Numbered from the stretch's first letter, positions 1 through 10,346 are shown. The stretch is DNA of 64,000 nucleotides from Bdellovibrionota bacterium (GCA_963668355.1 OY764265.1:2336001-2400000), one strand, 5' to 3'. Notes: a model not told the origin generated them from the sequence alone. Numbers and translations are program-made.

Positions 1-2
1 CT

Positions 3-254
3 GCACACGGTCCGGCTCGCCGGATCGAAAAGCTTTTGACCTACCCCATCATTGTCGGAAAGTCTCCGGTTGGGGTTGTGCAAATTTCTCGAAAAGAGAG
101 GGCTTCTCGGATTCCGCGTGAAAACTTTAAGAAAGAGGATTTTGGTATCATCGAACAGGTAAGACGTCCCATTCTCAATATCATGCAAGGCGTACGGTCT
201 TTGAAAAGAGATGAAGGTACGCCCGAATTCAAAGGCTTGAAGTTAAGAGCTTAA
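3..254 (+). CDS. 5'-truncated CDS; C-terminus resembles a GAF-type domain
   Basis: Frame is open from the window edge (AHGPARRIEKLLTYPIIVGKSPVGVVQISRK...). The 'P(I/L)...VGVVQI' pattern is typical of GAF C-terminal strands. Stop at 252-254. Confidence 0.5.
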   Translation, partial: AHGPARRIEKLLTYPIIVGKSPVGVVQISRKERASRIPRENFKKEDFGIIEQVRRPILNIMQGVRSLKRDEGTPEFKGLKLRA

Positions 255-266
255 AGAATTCTGACG

Positions 267-875
267 CTACTTCTTCAGTTTTTCCATCAATTTTTTTTCA
301 CATTCTGGACAGATTCCGTGCGAGAAATTCGCCTCTGAATGGTCAGCAATGTACTCTTCAATGCGAAGCCAGTAATTGTTGTCGTCCCGAATGTTCTTGC
401 AATAACTGCAAATCGGAAGCAATCCTTGAAGTTTTCGAACCTCCGATAAAGCTTCCTTTAGATCATTCACCTGTTTGGCCAGGGCTCCTTGCAAGTTTAG
501 AATTCGTTCGCCCACCCGAATTCGTGCGATCAATTCGTTCTTTCGAAACGGTTTCACCAAATAATCATCCACGCCCGCTTCAAAACCTTCGACTATATGT
601 TCCCCTTCGGTCTTGGCCGTGAGGAGTAACACATACTTATTGTTTCCGTCGGGTTCATTTCGGAGCTGTCGGCAAACATCTACGCCAGTGATTTTAGGCA
701 TCATCCAATCCATAACAGCCAGTTTGGGTCCGGAAGGTTCTCGAAGCGAGTTCCAAGCTTCTTCACCATCCGAAGCGAGTGTGACCTCAAACCCTTCGCT
801 TTGCAGGAGCTTTTCCAGCATTCGACGTGTTACGGGGTCATCTTCGGCCACTAAAATACGAGAAGGGTCAGGCAT
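267..875 (-). CDS. Response regulator: REC domain plus C-terminal Cys-rich domain (LPICSYCK...SHGICPEC)
   Basis: [27 protein letters not shown] at 875 overlaps the kinase stop; the ORF-track start at 1082 lies inside the kinase gene. Confidence 0.9.
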   Translation of the reverse strand: MPDPSRILVAEDDPVTRRMLEKLLQSEGFEVTLASDGEEAWNSLREPSGPKLAVMDWMMPKITGVDVCRQLRNEPDGNNKYVLLLTAKTEGEHIVEGFEAGVDDYLVKPFRKNELIARIRVGERILNLQGALAKQVNDLKEALSEVRKLQGLLPICSYCKNIRDDNNYWLRIEEYIADHSEANFSHGICPECEKKLMEKLKK

Positions 876-3690
876 GGGTGATCTCCTGTAGGGCGAGTTT
901 GAATTCTTCCAGTTCCTTCGCAAAAGCCTCAAAGGTTGGGGGCCCCTCATCCCAATTTTCATCTCGACCAATTTGTTCGAGTTGTTTTGCGAGTGATACC
1001 ACAGATTGGGCTCCAAAATTGGATACCGAGCCTTTGAAACGATGGGAGTTAGCCGCAAGGTCACTCCCATTCTTGTTTTCAACGGCCTTTTGAATTTTCA
1101 AGGCTTCTTCGTCGCATATTTCAAGAAAAATACCGGCGATTTCCTTTAATCCTTCCAAATCCCCTCCAAAGCGATCCAATAATTCATTTTGATTGATCTC
1201 GGAATTCTTGGGAAGTTCTTGTTGAACGGTCAAAGGGGAATTCTCTTCTTTAAAAAACATCACGCGATCAATGGTTTTGAGTAACTCCTCTGGCCGAAGA
1301 GGTTTAGAGATATAGTCATCCATTCCCGCATCCAAGCACATTTGTCGATCTCTTTTCATGGCATGTGCGGTCATGGCAACAATGGGTGTGTGTGTTCCTT
1401 CAATGCTTTCCTTTTTTCGAATCTCTCGAGTGGCGGACAAGCCGTCCAGAACAGGCATTTGAACATCCATCAAGATGAGATCGAAAGATGCGCGTTCCAA
1501 AATGCCGAGGGCTTCTTTCCCATTTTCAGCGATCGTAACATGATGCCCCAGGCTTTTGAGATGCTTTCCTATGACAAGTTGATTGACCGGGTGATCTTCA
1601 ACGGCCAAAACCGTCAAAGGCTTGGCTTGTGGTTGGGGAGAGGACTTATGAACGACAGGAGGGAGTTCGAGTTGTGGAGAATTGATTTCAAAAGCGCGGG
1701 CAATGTGCGCAAGAATTTCCTGAGAGGTCGCGGGGAAAAACATACATCCGGATAGGTGCATTTTTAACCAAGGGTCTATCGCTTCATTCATATAATTTAG
1801 ATGTTTGGGATACTTGAGTTTTGTCGTTGTGAGAAGAAGTCGCGATTTTCTCAATTCGGGATCGCTTCGAATCCAGGCAATCAAATCCGTTCCTTTTGAG
1901 TTCAAAAATTCAGGCGTCAAAACGATGAGAGGGATTGTGTTATGTGGCTCTCTCAATGCTTTTTGAGCTTGGGTTAAATCATTGAATGTTTGAACGTTCA
2001 TTTTCCAGAGTTTGAAGTGGTCGAAAAGGACTTTCTGATGTGGGCTTTCAGGGCCCATTAAAATGGTGGGAAGATCGACCAAGGCTTGTCGGATGACGTT
2101 CGTTTGAGAGTCCTGCTGACTCTGGGCAATGGGTAGCGTTAGAGCGAAAGAAAAACGACTTCCTTTTCCCAATTCGGATTCAAGCGAGATCTTTCCCCCC
2201 ATGAGATCAACCAATCGAGAAACAATCGCAAGTCCAAGGCCCGTTCCCCCATATTTGCGTGTCATGGATCCATCGGCTTGACGAAAAGCATCAAATACGA
2301 ATTGATGTTGATCTGCTGGAATACCGATTCCTGTGTCTGAGACTTCAAAGCCCATCTCAACTGTGTTGTCCGTTTGGTTGAGGCGTTTGGCCCGAAGAGC
2401 AACCTCACCGGCCTCCGTGAACTTTACGGAATTTCCAGCAAGATTTGAGAAAATTTGTCGCAAACGCATTTCATCTCCCAACAATCGTCTGGGAATGTTG
2501 GGATCGACGTCAACGATGATTTCAACCGATTTTCCTTCAACTTGGGTGGTCATGATTTTTCCTACATGTACCAAAAGCGTTTCAAGCTCGAAGCTTCGGG
2601 TCTCAAGGGTTAGTTTATTGGCATCCACTTTTGAGAAATCCAGGACATCATTGACGAGGCTCAATAGAGCTTCCGTGGAGCGTTGAACTTCGGAAAGGTA
2701 TCCTCGTTGCTCCTGCGAGAGGTCTGTCTCGAGTGCAAAATGAGTCATGCCAATGATCCCATTCATGGGGGTCCGAATTTCATGGCTCATATTCGCCAAA
2801 AATTGGCTCTTCAATTGAGCCACTTCCTCTGCTCTTTCCTTTTCTTTCTTTAGTTTTTCATTGGTTTTTACGAGTTCGTGGGTTCGTTTTTCAACCTCCC
2901 GTTCAAGGTTCGCCTTGTGGCTTTGAAGCTGATGGTCTCTTTCTTGGATTCCATCGAGCATTTCATTAAAACCATTGACCAAGATTCCGAGTTCATCTTC
3001 AGAGGTTTGTTCTGCACGAATGCTAAAATCCCTCTTCTGAGAGACGTCTTTGGTTGTATTCACGAGGTGATGAACCGGTTCAATGGCATGTGTTCGTAAC
3101 CGCCGCGTGGCTCTGAAAACAATTAAGAGGGTGAGAGATACAGTGACGAAAGAAATGGCGATATACTCCCACATTCGCTCATAGAGCATGGACCGATCTG
3201 CGACGAGAACGAGACGCCCCTCAGGTTCGTTCTTGATGGATATGGGCTGAACATGAACAACCTTACGATTCTTGATTTCAATGGTTTTGAAGAAAATGGA
3301 TGCATCGAAATGAGCATTGTCAAAGGTTGCTCTACGGTACAATGCAAATAGTCGATTTTTGGAATCATAGATGCTTGCTTGAAGAATATAGGCGTCTTGA
3401 TGCATGGATCGAAGAAGGTCCTTCGCAGTAGCCCGGTCATCGAAAGTTAATGCGGCGGTGCTTTGATCCGCAACCACTTTCGATAAAATGGATAATTCCG
3501 ACATGAACTGTTTTTTCATTCGGTGGTAATCCAAGAAGACAAACAAAGTCGTGGAAAGAAAAACGGTACACGAACAAATGAAGAGAATGATGGAAGAGAT
3601 TTTTGTGGAAAGAGACCGACGAATTTTCTTTCGAAAAAATTCGAGAAAGCCGATATTTTTTAACCAATCATGTTGATTCATTGATGCCAT
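868..3690 (-). CDS. Membrane hybrid sensor histidine kinase (CHASE8-like sensor, HAMP, HisKA, HATPase, pseudo-REC, REC, HPt)
   Basis: Two TM segments; [16 protein letters not shown]-box; [33 protein letters not shown]; HPt motif [12 protein letters not shown]. Confidence 0.93.
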   Translation of the reverse strand: MASMNQHDWLKNIGFLEFFRKKIRRSLSTKISSIILFICSCTVFLSTTLFVFLDYHRMKKQFMSELSILSKVVADQSTAALTFDDRATAKDLLRSMHQDAYILQASIYDSKNRLFALYRRATFDNAHFDASIFFKTIEIKNRKVVHVQPISIKNEPEGRLVLVADRSMLYERMWEYIAISFVTVSLTLLIVFRATRRLRTHAIEPVHHLVNTTKDVSQKRDFSIRAEQTSEDELGILVNGFNEMLDGIQERDHQLQSHKANLEREVEKRTHELVKTNEKLKKEKERAEEVAQLKSQFLANMSHEIRTPMNGIIGMTHFALETDLSQEQRGYLSEVQRSTEALLSLVNDVLDFSKVDANKLTLETRSFELETLLVHVGKIMTTQVEGKSVEIIVDVDPNIPRRLLGDEMRLRQIFSNLAGNSVKFTEAGEVALRAKRLNQTDNTVEMGFEVSDTGIGIPADQHQFVFDAFRQADGSMTRKYGGTGLGLAIVSRLVDLMGGKISLESELGKGSRFSFALTLPIAQSQQDSQTNVIRQALVDLPTILMGPESPHQKVLFDHFKLWKMNVQTFNDLTQAQKALREPHNTIPLIVLTPEFLNSKGTDLIAWIRSDPELRKSRLLLTTTKLKYPKHLNYMNEAIDPWLKMHLSGCMFFPATSQEILAHIARAFEINSPQLELPPVVHKSSPQPQAKPLTVLAVEDHPVNQLVIGKHLKSLGHHVTIAENGKEALGILERASFDLILMDVQMPVLDGLSATREIRKKESIEGTHTPIVAMTAHAMKRDRQMCLDAGMDDYISKPLRPEELLKTIDRVMFFKEENSPLTVQQELPKNSEINQNELLDRFGGDLEGLKEIAGIFLEICDEEALKIQKAVENKNGSDLAANSHRFKGSVSNFGAQSVVSLAKQLEQIGRDENWDEGPPTFEAFAKELEEFKLALQEITHA

Positions 3691-3750
3691 TTTTTTTGAT
3701 GCGTGAAATCCATATCAAAACGATGGATTCATCTCTATTTTCACGGCATC

Positions 3751-5355
3751 CTAATTTTCGTCGTTGTGAAGCGTTTTGTAAACAAGATCGAGGAGGTCGC
3801 TGGCCGCGAAGGGTTTTTGGATGAATGGCCAGTTGTTCTCCAGAAGGCCTCGCTTTTTAATCATATCTTGAGAATATCCAGACATGTGAATGACCCGGGT
3901 TCGAGGACGGTGAATGAGGAGTTCCTTGCTCAGGATTTTTCCGTTCATATTGGGCATGATCAGATCGGTTAGAGCCAGGTCAATCTCTCCTTCATGTTCT
4001 TGGCAAATTTTTAAGGCTTCCAGGGGTTGGCGTGCGCCCAAAGATTTATAACCGTTTTCATCCAATATGCGACAAATGACGCGAAGAAAGACCGGGTCAT
4101 CCTCTACCACGAGAACCGTTTCCTTTTTTCCTTGAAGAGGCGTGGAGGTTTGCTCAATGCTTTTTTGAATTTCATCCAGTTTCGCGACGGGGAAATAAAT
4201 TTTCACGGTGGTCCCAATATTGGGTTCCGAATATAGCCAGATATAGCCACGAGATTGTTTGACAATGCCATAGACGATGGCAAGACCTAACCCCGTTCCG
4301 TTGTCTTTGGATTTCGTTGTGAAAAATGGCTCAAGACTTCTTTCCAAAATATCCGGTTCCATCCCACAACCGGTGTCTGTGACGCCAACGTATACGTAGG
4401 AACCCGGTTTCATTGGCTCTTTGTACATCGTATAGGCATGATCAAAATGAACATTGGCGGTTTCAATATTGATTCTTCCGCCGTGAGGCATGGCGTCCCG
4501 AGCGTTTACGATTAGATTCAGAAGAACTTGGTCGAGGTAGCCTGCGTCGAGTTCAATGGGGGCTAAGTTCTCTTCCAAGCGCATATCGAGTTTGACTTCG
4601 GCCCCAATCGTTCTGCGAAAGAACTTTTCCAAGCTTCCAATTTGTTCATTGAGATTGATGACTTCCGGCTGTACGGGGTCTTTTCGACTGAAAAGAAGCA
4701 AACGTCGAGTCAGTCCGACGGCACGCTTGGCGGAGGTTATGATCTCGTTGACGTCCTGGGCTTCTTGAGAATCTTCCTCCAAACTCTGCGTTAGAAAGCT
4801 CGCGTAGTTGAGAATGACCGAGAGGATATTATTGAAGTCATGCGCAACGCCCCCGGCCAACTGGCCAATAGCATCCATTTTTTGAGCCTGGCGCAATTGC
4901 TTTTGGAGTGTGGCTTGTTCTTCCATATCTTTGAAAATCGCGGCAAACACTCTTCCGGAAGAATGTTTTGAAGAGCCGATGGAAATTTGCAAAGGAAAGG
5001 AGGTTCCGCATCTTCGTTTTCCAGGGTATTCCTGCGTGAGATCCAAGGCGTTCGAATTTTCATAGTCTCTGAGTATGGCTTGGGAAAAGCTCGCCCCTTC
5101 TTGAGAAAAATCTTCTTCCACCAAAATATCCAGAGGCTTTCCGATGACTTCACTGGCGTCGTATCCGAAAATCCGCTCCGCGCTGGGGCTGAACCAAAGG
5201 ATTTCTCCTTTTTCATTGAACGTGACAATCCCATCAATGCTGGCTTCTTGAATGGCCTTCCATTGAGATTCGGTGATTTCCGATTGAGCTAAATGCTCTT
5301 TGGGTTCTGGGTGTTCGATCTTGAGAGAATATACGTTTGGTTGGAGTTTTGACAT
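3751..5355 (-). CDS. Cytoplasmic PAS hybrid histidine kinase (CckA-like PAS-HisKA-HATPase-REC)
   Basis: PAS (SAERIFGY...EVIGK); GGVAHDFNNIL; NLIVNARDAMP; EPFFTTK; GTGLGL; REC DLALTDLIMP. Confidence 0.93.
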   Translation of the reverse strand: MSKLQPNVYSLKIEHPEPKEHLAQSEITESQWKAIQEASIDGIVTFNEKGEILWFSPSAERIFGYDASEVIGKPLDILVEEDFSQEGASFSQAILRDYENSNALDLTQEYPGKRRCGTSFPLQISIGSSKHSSGRVFAAIFKDMEEQATLQKQLRQAQKMDAIGQLAGGVAHDFNNILSVILNYASFLTQSLEEDSQEAQDVNEIITSAKRAVGLTRRLLLFSRKDPVQPEVINLNEQIGSLEKFFRRTIGAEVKLDMRLEENLAPIELDAGYLDQVLLNLIVNARDAMPHGGRINIETANVHFDHAYTMYKEPMKPGSYVYVGVTDTGCGMEPDILERSLEPFFTTKSKDNGTGLGLAIVYGIVKQSRGYIWLYSEPNIGTTVKIYFPVAKLDEIQKSIEQTSTPLQGKKETVLVVEDDPVFLRVICRILDENGYKSLGARQPLEALKICQEHEGEIDLALTDLIMPNMNGKILSKELLIHRPRTRVIHMSGYSQDMIKKRGLLENNWPFIQKPFAASDLLDLVYKTLHNDEN

Positions 5356-5384
5356 TTGGCACTGACCTTCCCAAGGAGAGGAGG

Positions 5385-5401
5385 AGCAAGCCCTGTGCCA
5401 A
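5385..5401 (-). promoter_or_regulatory. Sigma54 (-24/-12) promoter of the PAS kinase operon
   Basis: Minus strand reads TTGGCACAGGGCTTGCT, an exact match to TGGCAC-N5-TTGCW, 30 bp before the ATG at 5355. Confidence 0.8.
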
Positions 5402-5435
5402 GGCTCTCTTGAGGAAGTTCAAAAAAATATATAAA

Positions 5436-5448
5436 TAACAATAGGTTA
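5436..5448. promoter_or_regulatory. Putative IHF site
   Basis: TAACAATAGGTTA is close to WATCAA-N4-TTR, is preceded by an A/T tract, and lies between the sigma54 promoter and candidate enhancers. Confidence 0.5.
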
Positions 5449-5471
5449 GCTTGTTTTTCTTTTCGGAAGGA

Positions 5472-5507
5472 AGGTCGTTTTTACCCTGCCGGGGTTAAAT
5501 TTGACCT
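5472..5507. promoter_or_regulatory. Putative tandem enhancer (UAS) sites for a sigma54 activator
   Basis: AGGTCGTTTTTACCC and GGGTTAAATTTGACCT (GGT-N7/8-ACC), together forming an imperfect inverted repeat about 100-130 bp upstream of the predicted start site. Confidence 0.4.
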
Positions 5508-5644
5508 GGGCGAATTCAGTGGCCATGAGCGTAGAGACGAGAGAAGTTGCGAAGGGGAAGGGGTTTGGAGAGAGGGTTTTTTTTGACCCATGTTAAACTC
5601 TCCTTAACTTGAGTTTAAGAAAGTTGAAATGTACGATACCTAAA

Positions 5645-7102
5645 ATGGCTAGCAGTTTAAAGGACTTAGAGTCGGAGAACTCCTCTTCCTCCTCCACTGA
5701 ATCTCCTGTGGGTACGGTCGTCTTGGTGGATGATGAACGCCCTCTTTTGAAATCCATTGATCGGATTTTGAAAAACGCCGGGTGGCGCGTTATTGCCAAA
5801 GACGATCCTTTGCATGTTCTACCTCTATTGGAGAATCCGGATATCGATCTCGTTTTGACAGATGTTCGAATGCCCGGGATGACGGGGGTTGAATTGTGTC
5901 GACAGGTGAAGGAAAAAAGACCCGATATCGAAGTCGTCGTGATGACGGCTGTGGGCTCTATCGACATCGCTGTGGAAGCCATGAAGGCGGGTGCTTATGA
6001 ATTTTTGACCAAGCCCTTTGAATGCTCGGATGTCGTCACTGTGGCCTTGCTCAATGCTCTAGAAAGAAAACGTTTAACCAATCGGAACCGATTTCTCGAA
6101 ACACAACTCGATGTAAATAATCGCTTTGAGAACATCATTGGTTCCAGCGCTCGGATGAAGAAGGTTTTTCGTTTAATTGAAAGTGTAGCCAACTCGGATA
6201 CCAGTGTTTTGATTCAAGGTGAAAGCGGAACCGGAAAAGAACTTGCGGCGCGTGCTATTCATGAAAGAAGTGAGCGGCAAAAACGTCCTTTCTTGGCTGT
6301 GAATTGCTCGGCCTTCACGGAGACGCTATTGGAGAGTGAGCTGTTCGGTCATATGAGGGGAGCCTTCACGGGAGCTACGAATTTTCGAAAAGGTTTGTTC
6401 GAAGAAGCCAATGGGGGCACACTTTTCTTGGACGAAATCGGAGAAATGGTTCCTTCCCTTCAATCCAAAGTGCTTCGGGCGATTCAGGAGGGGGAGATCA
6501 AACCGGTTGGCTCAAATGAAATTCGAAAAGTGGATGTGAGAATCATTGCGGCTACGAATATGGATTTGCCCTCTGCAGTCAAAAGTGGGACGTTCCGAGA
6601 AGATCTCTACTATCGCATAGACGTGGTTCGGATTGACCTTCCTCCTCTGAGGGATCGGGAAGATGATATTCCCATGTTGATTCAGCACTTTTTTCGGAAG
6701 CATGCGAAGCGAATGAAGAAAAATGTCACGGGGATTGAATCCTCAGCACAGTCTTTGTTGCGATCTTACCGGTGGCCGGGAAATGTTCGACAATTGGAAA
6801 ACGTGATTGAACGTGCTGTGGTGTTGACCGGATCTGAAAAAATACAACCTGAGGACCTTCCTGAGAGTATCTCCAGCCTTTCTTTCCCCAATAGCTCAGA
6901 GCAAAAAACGTATGACATGCCTTTTTCTTCCGCTAAGAAACTTGTGGTGGCGGGATTTGAAAAAAAATATGTCGAGGATGCGCTCTCTCGTTCCGGAGGT
7001 GTGATTGCCGAAGCCGCTCGATTGGCTGGATTGGATCGAAGCAATTTTCGTCGATTGATGAATCGCTACGAAGTGGATGCCCAAGATTTTCGAATTGACT
7101 GA
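5645..7102 (+). CDS. Sigma54-dependent NtrC-family response regulator (REC-AAA+-HTH)
   Basis: DLVLTDVRMP; GESGTGKE; GAFTGA; LFLDEIG; WPGNVRQL; C-terminal Fis-type HTH. Start placed at ATG 5645 (uncertain). Confidence 0.95.
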   Translation: MASSLKDLESENSSSSSTESPVGTVVLVDDERPLLKSIDRILKNAGWRVIAKDDPLHVLPLLENPDIDLVLTDVRMPGMTGVELCRQVKEKRPDIEVVVMTAVGSIDIAVEAMKAGAYEFLTKPFECSDVVTVALLNALERKRLTNRNRFLETQLDVNNRFENIIGSSARMKKVFRLIESVANSDTSVLIQGESGTGKELAARAIHERSERQKRPFLAVNCSAFTETLLESELFGHMRGAFTGATNFRKGLFEEANGGTLFLDEIGEMVPSLQSKVLRAIQEGEIKPVGSNEIRKVDVRIIAATNMDLPSAVKSGTFREDLYYRIDVVRIDLPPLRDREDDIPMLIQHFFRKHAKRMKKNVTGIESSAQSLLRSYRWPGNVRQLENVIERAVVLTGSEKIQPEDLPESISSLSFPNSSEQKTYDMPFSSAKKLVVAGFEKKYVEDALSRSGGVIAEAARLAGLDRSNFRRLMNRYEVDAQDFRID

Positions 7103-7108
7103 TCTTTC

Positions 7109-7741
7109 TTAGAGTTCGTTCCCATAGATTTCGAAAAAATGACTGATGTCGACGTCTCCCAACGTGAGTTTTTCTTTCTCATGTCCTCTTGGATACAGTT
7201 GAGCCGTCATGATGCTGGCTTCATCCGTACTATGATCTGGGCCAAACAACATATGTCCGGCTTCGTGGAGAACCACGGACCGGATGGAATAGACATCTCC
7301 GGTTTCAGGTCGTCCTCGCACGTAATTGGAATCAAACTCGAACAGATAGATGTCGGCATCTCGAATGGCTGTGGCGCCTTTTAAGAAAGTTCGAGCGAGG
7401 GGACCCGTTCCAGCTCGAGCGGGAGGGGCATTCGGAGCGTCAATGTTTCCAATTTGATTTGTGGCGAGTACGACATTTTCATCCCAGGTATAGGCAGGGT
7501 CCAATTGGTCTTCTTGTAGATCCTTGAAACCATCAAACACAAAGACTTGGGTTTGAGTCGCAGTATTCCACTCCTCAAAGGCCGCCTTAATTTCTTCGTG
7601 GTACTCGGAAGGGATGGAAGAAGAGATTTTATAATGAATGGGAAGGCGATCAAAGCGGAGAGCTGAATCGCCTTCCACATTCAACGGTGCAAATCCACAC
7701 CCGCCCAACGTCAACAACAACAACAACACAGCAACTACCAT
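7109..7741 (-). CDS. Matrixin-like (M10) zinc metallopeptidase lipoprotein
   Basis: Lipobox LGGC; HEAGHMLFGPDH; Met-turn ASIM; SD AAGGAG before the ATG. Confidence 0.75.
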   Translation of the reverse strand: MVVAVLLLLLTLGGCGFAPLNVEGDSALRFDRLPIHYKISSSIPSEYHEEIKAAFEEWNTATQTQVFVFDGFKDLQEDQLDPAYTWDENVVLATNQIGNIDAPNAPPARAGTGPLARTFLKGATAIRDADIYLFEFDSNYVRGRPETGDVYSIRSVVLHEAGHMLFGPDHSTDEASIMTAQLYPRGHEKEKLTLGDVDISHFFEIYGNEL

Positions 7742-8077
7742 GCTCCTTTACATTCACAAGTTTCGTACCAAAGAGCGTCGAAACCGCGAGACGGCTAAGC
7801 CCCTTTTTTTATTTAGGAAATTTTTCCAACACCAGGGACCCAGCAAGTCTTCAATAAATACTGAGGTGCTTTTGACTTAAAACCCGACTTCAACTCCGAT
7901 AAGAACGCTTTTAGGAAGGGGTGAAAAAGACCGGACGGCGTGAGAATGACCCCCCTTCTACGTATACGAAGGGGCAGGGAAGATTATGTGACGAAACCTA
8001 CTCTAGGTAAAGGTTTGCCATCCCTACAGTGATGTAGAGTGTTTCAAGCGTGAAACTTTCGGGAAAGGGCTCGGAGA

Positions 8078-9238
8078 TTAGGTAAGCAGCTCTTGGATTT
8101 GTTCGGGGAGTTGCTTCTGCAGAGCTTCCTTTGTGCAATATTGAGAAAAGCCGGCTTCAAAAGCCATTGTTTTGAATTTTTCCTCCGTGTGTCCACTCAG
8201 AAGAATCACGGGGACCTCTCGTAGAACAGGGTCTTGTTTTAGTTTCCGGCAAAGATCATATCCACTGAAATCACCCATTTCAGCATCGAGAATGATGAGG
8301 TCGGGTAACCACTCTTTAGCAAAAGAAATGAGCTGGTTGGGATCATTGAGGGTTTCAATCGTCCAATCTCGATCTTTCATGGAATGTTTCACCATCAGGA
8401 GCGCAAAACGATCATCATCCACGGCTAAGATTCGCTTGGGCTCGGCTTCACGATTCGGGCTGGGTTGAATGGGCAGGTTTTCGGGGGAAGAAGATTCGTC
8501 TTTCATGGTGATTTCTTTCTTTCTAATGTCTTGTTTGATGGATGCAAGAAGTTGTAGCAACCAAAATCGAAGTTTTTTCTGATGCACTGAAATGGTTTTT
8601 GAGTTCGCCAAACGGCATTCCCGTGTTTCCGTTTCGAGATGTTCGGCGATCTTGGCGACTCGGTCCAAGCGGTAACATCCGGCAGACCCTACAATTTGAT
8701 GACATTTCAGTTCCATGGCAATGAGGAGATTGGGGAGCTTTAAATCGTAGCTGACCATATGGAGGATACGTACCCACTCATTGGCCGTGTGTTCGAGGTA
8801 CTCGAGATAGGCGAGTTGAAGGTTCGCATAATTGGTCTCGGGTTCCAAATACGGAAAACATAGCCCCAAGGTTTGTTCCAATTTTTTTCGGAGAGCTTGC
8901 CCTGAAAAGGGTTTGGGGAGAAAGCCTTGGACTTGCCAGTCTCTCAACAACTTTACCTGAGGGTGGTTTCCCTTGAAAAAAGCCGAAATGAGTAAAATTG
9001 GAAGTTCTTCCGCAGGAAAGCGCTTTCGAATCTCATAAGAAAGCTTTTTTCCACTGGTATCTCCAAGAACGGCGTCGAGGATAAGGAGGTCGAAAGATTC
9101 CTGGTCAATTTTTTCAAGGGTTTCTTTGCCCGATCCGCAGCCGATGCAGTGAAAATTACTCGAATCGAGGTGGAAACCGATCAAATCGACCATGGCTGGG
9201 TCATCATCAATCACAAGGATCTTGGGCTTTAGATTCAT
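8078..9238 (-). CDS. REC-HPt-REC phosphorelay protein
   Basis: ILVIDDD...LLILD; HPt-like CHQIVGSAG; ILAVDDD...LIILD. SD GGAG precedes ATG 9238. Confidence 0.82.
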   Translation of the reverse strand: MNLKPKILVIDDDPAMVDLIGFHLDSSNFHCIGCGSGKETLEKIDQESFDLLILDAVLGDTSGKKLSYEIRKRFPAEELPILLISAFFKGNHPQVKLLRDWQVQGFLPKPFSGQALRKKLEQTLGLCFPYLEPETNYANLQLAYLEYLEHTANEWVRILHMVSYDLKLPNLLIAMELKCHQIVGSAGCYRLDRVAKIAEHLETETRECRLANSKTISVHQKKLRFWLLQLLASIKQDIRKKEITMKDESSSPENLPIQPSPNREAEPKRILAVDDDRFALLMVKHSMKDRDWTIETLNDPNQLISFAKEWLPDLIILDAEMGDFSGYDLCRKLKQDPVLREVPVILLSGHTEEKFKTMAFEAGFSQYCTKEALQKQLPEQIQELLT

Positions 9239-9263
9239 CATCACTCTCCAGAACCATATCAAG

Positions 9264-9279
9264 GCAATTTTTGGGCCAG
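9264..9279 (-). promoter_or_regulatory. Sigma54 promoter of the REC-HPt-REC gene
   Basis: Minus strand reads CTGGCCCAAAAATTGC (TGGCxC-N5-TTGC). IHF-like TTTCAAGTAGTTG at 9321-9333. Confidence 0.65.
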
Positions 9280-9492
9280 CCTTGCATGGGAGGGCGTAAA
9301 TCTGAGAAAAATCTAAAATATTTCAAGTAGTTGAGTTTCTTGAGAGAGGTGAAGCTCTTCCCGATTAAAATATTCAATCAGGTCAAATCCACCCCAGCTT
9401 TATAGGGGGAAACGAATCAGATCCAAAAGATGTTTGAAAAATGGTTAAGAGATTTTTTACACACCCAATATTCCTGTTACACTTTGCGCTCT

Positions 9493-10275
9493 ATGAAGGA
9501 GAAACGCGTAGAAGGGAGGGGCAAATTGGGTCCAAGGAGGGCATTGGTCTTGGATGGTGGAGGACCATCCAGAAACATCGAACAAGATTTGAAATTGGCG
9601 GCGAGGGCGTTGAATTGCGATTCGGTGTCAACCAAGAACGCAAATGACTTTTTTCTACGATTGAAAGAGGAGGCCGAAGCGTTTGATTTCATTGCACTGA
9701 ATCCTTCGGCTGAAGGATTTAATGTGGAAGAGACGTTGAACGTTTTTCAACAATTGGAGTCGCGGGGCATTCCTCCGGTTCTCCTTGTAGGGGGAGGGAA
9801 GGGGCACCTCTATGATTTCGCGAAAGCCTTTAGCATTTCGGCTGAATTCGATGAAAAAACGAGTGTTTATCAGATGGGCTTCGTGCTGAATCAAATCTTT
9901 TTCCCCTGTTTTCTTGAAAAACGCGAATGCGCTCGAACGCCTTTGGAGCTTGATGTGGAGATGGACTTTGGAAAGGGCTTACCCAAACAAAAGACCAGAA
10001 TCTTGAATATCAGTGCTGGGGGCGCCTACGTTCAGACGGATCGGACCTATTCTGAACGTTCTTTGGTCAATTTAACCATTCACCTACCCAGTGAAATGGA
10101 CCCGGTCGAATGTACGGGGCGGGTGGTATACAACCAGGAACCTCAGCATGGTTTCCCCGAAATTCGGCCTCAGGGAATGGGTGTTCATTTTGAAGGGATC
10201 AACTTTTCGGATGTCACTCGGCTGAAGATTCTCGTGGACGCGAATCTAATGCCATTCCACCTCTTGAGGCTTTGA
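9493..10275 (+). CDS. Pseudo-receiver plus PilZ domain protein
   Basis: PilZ motifs RECAR (RxxxR) and NISAGG; degenerate REC-like N-terminus. Start is uncertain (9430 or 9493). Confidence 0.78.
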   Translation: MKEKRVEGRGKLGPRRALVLDGGGPSRNIEQDLKLAARALNCDSVSTKNANDFFLRLKEEAEAFDFIALNPSAEGFNVEETLNVFQQLESRGIPPVLLVGGGKGHLYDFAKAFSISAEFDEKTSVYQMGFVLNQIFFPCFLEKRECARTPLELDVEMDFGKGLPKQKTRILNISAGGAYVQTDRTYSERSLVNLTIHLPSEMDPVECTGRVVYNQEPQHGFPEIRPQGMGVHFEGINFSDVTRLKILVDANLMPFHLLRL

Positions 10276-10346
10276 ACGAGAGTCATCCATTCATTTACAC
10301 TTGGCAATTGACAGGAAAGAACTCATTTCAGTACTGTCCGGCGCCA

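Noticed and set aside
7712..7727. (CAA)5 microsatellite
   Set aside because: Encodes the poly-Leu core of the lipoprotein signal peptide on the minus strand; a triplet repeat cannot phase-shift the frame.
7756..7771. Third sigma54-like box (TGGTAC-N5-TTGT) before the metallopeptidase
   Set aside because: The -12 GC is not conserved and the predicted start would fall inside the SD; too weak to call.
7985..8030. GGCAAACC on the minus strand suggesting a c-di-GMP-I riboswitch
   Set aside because: No GAAA tetraloop stem or GACGCAAAGC segment follows.
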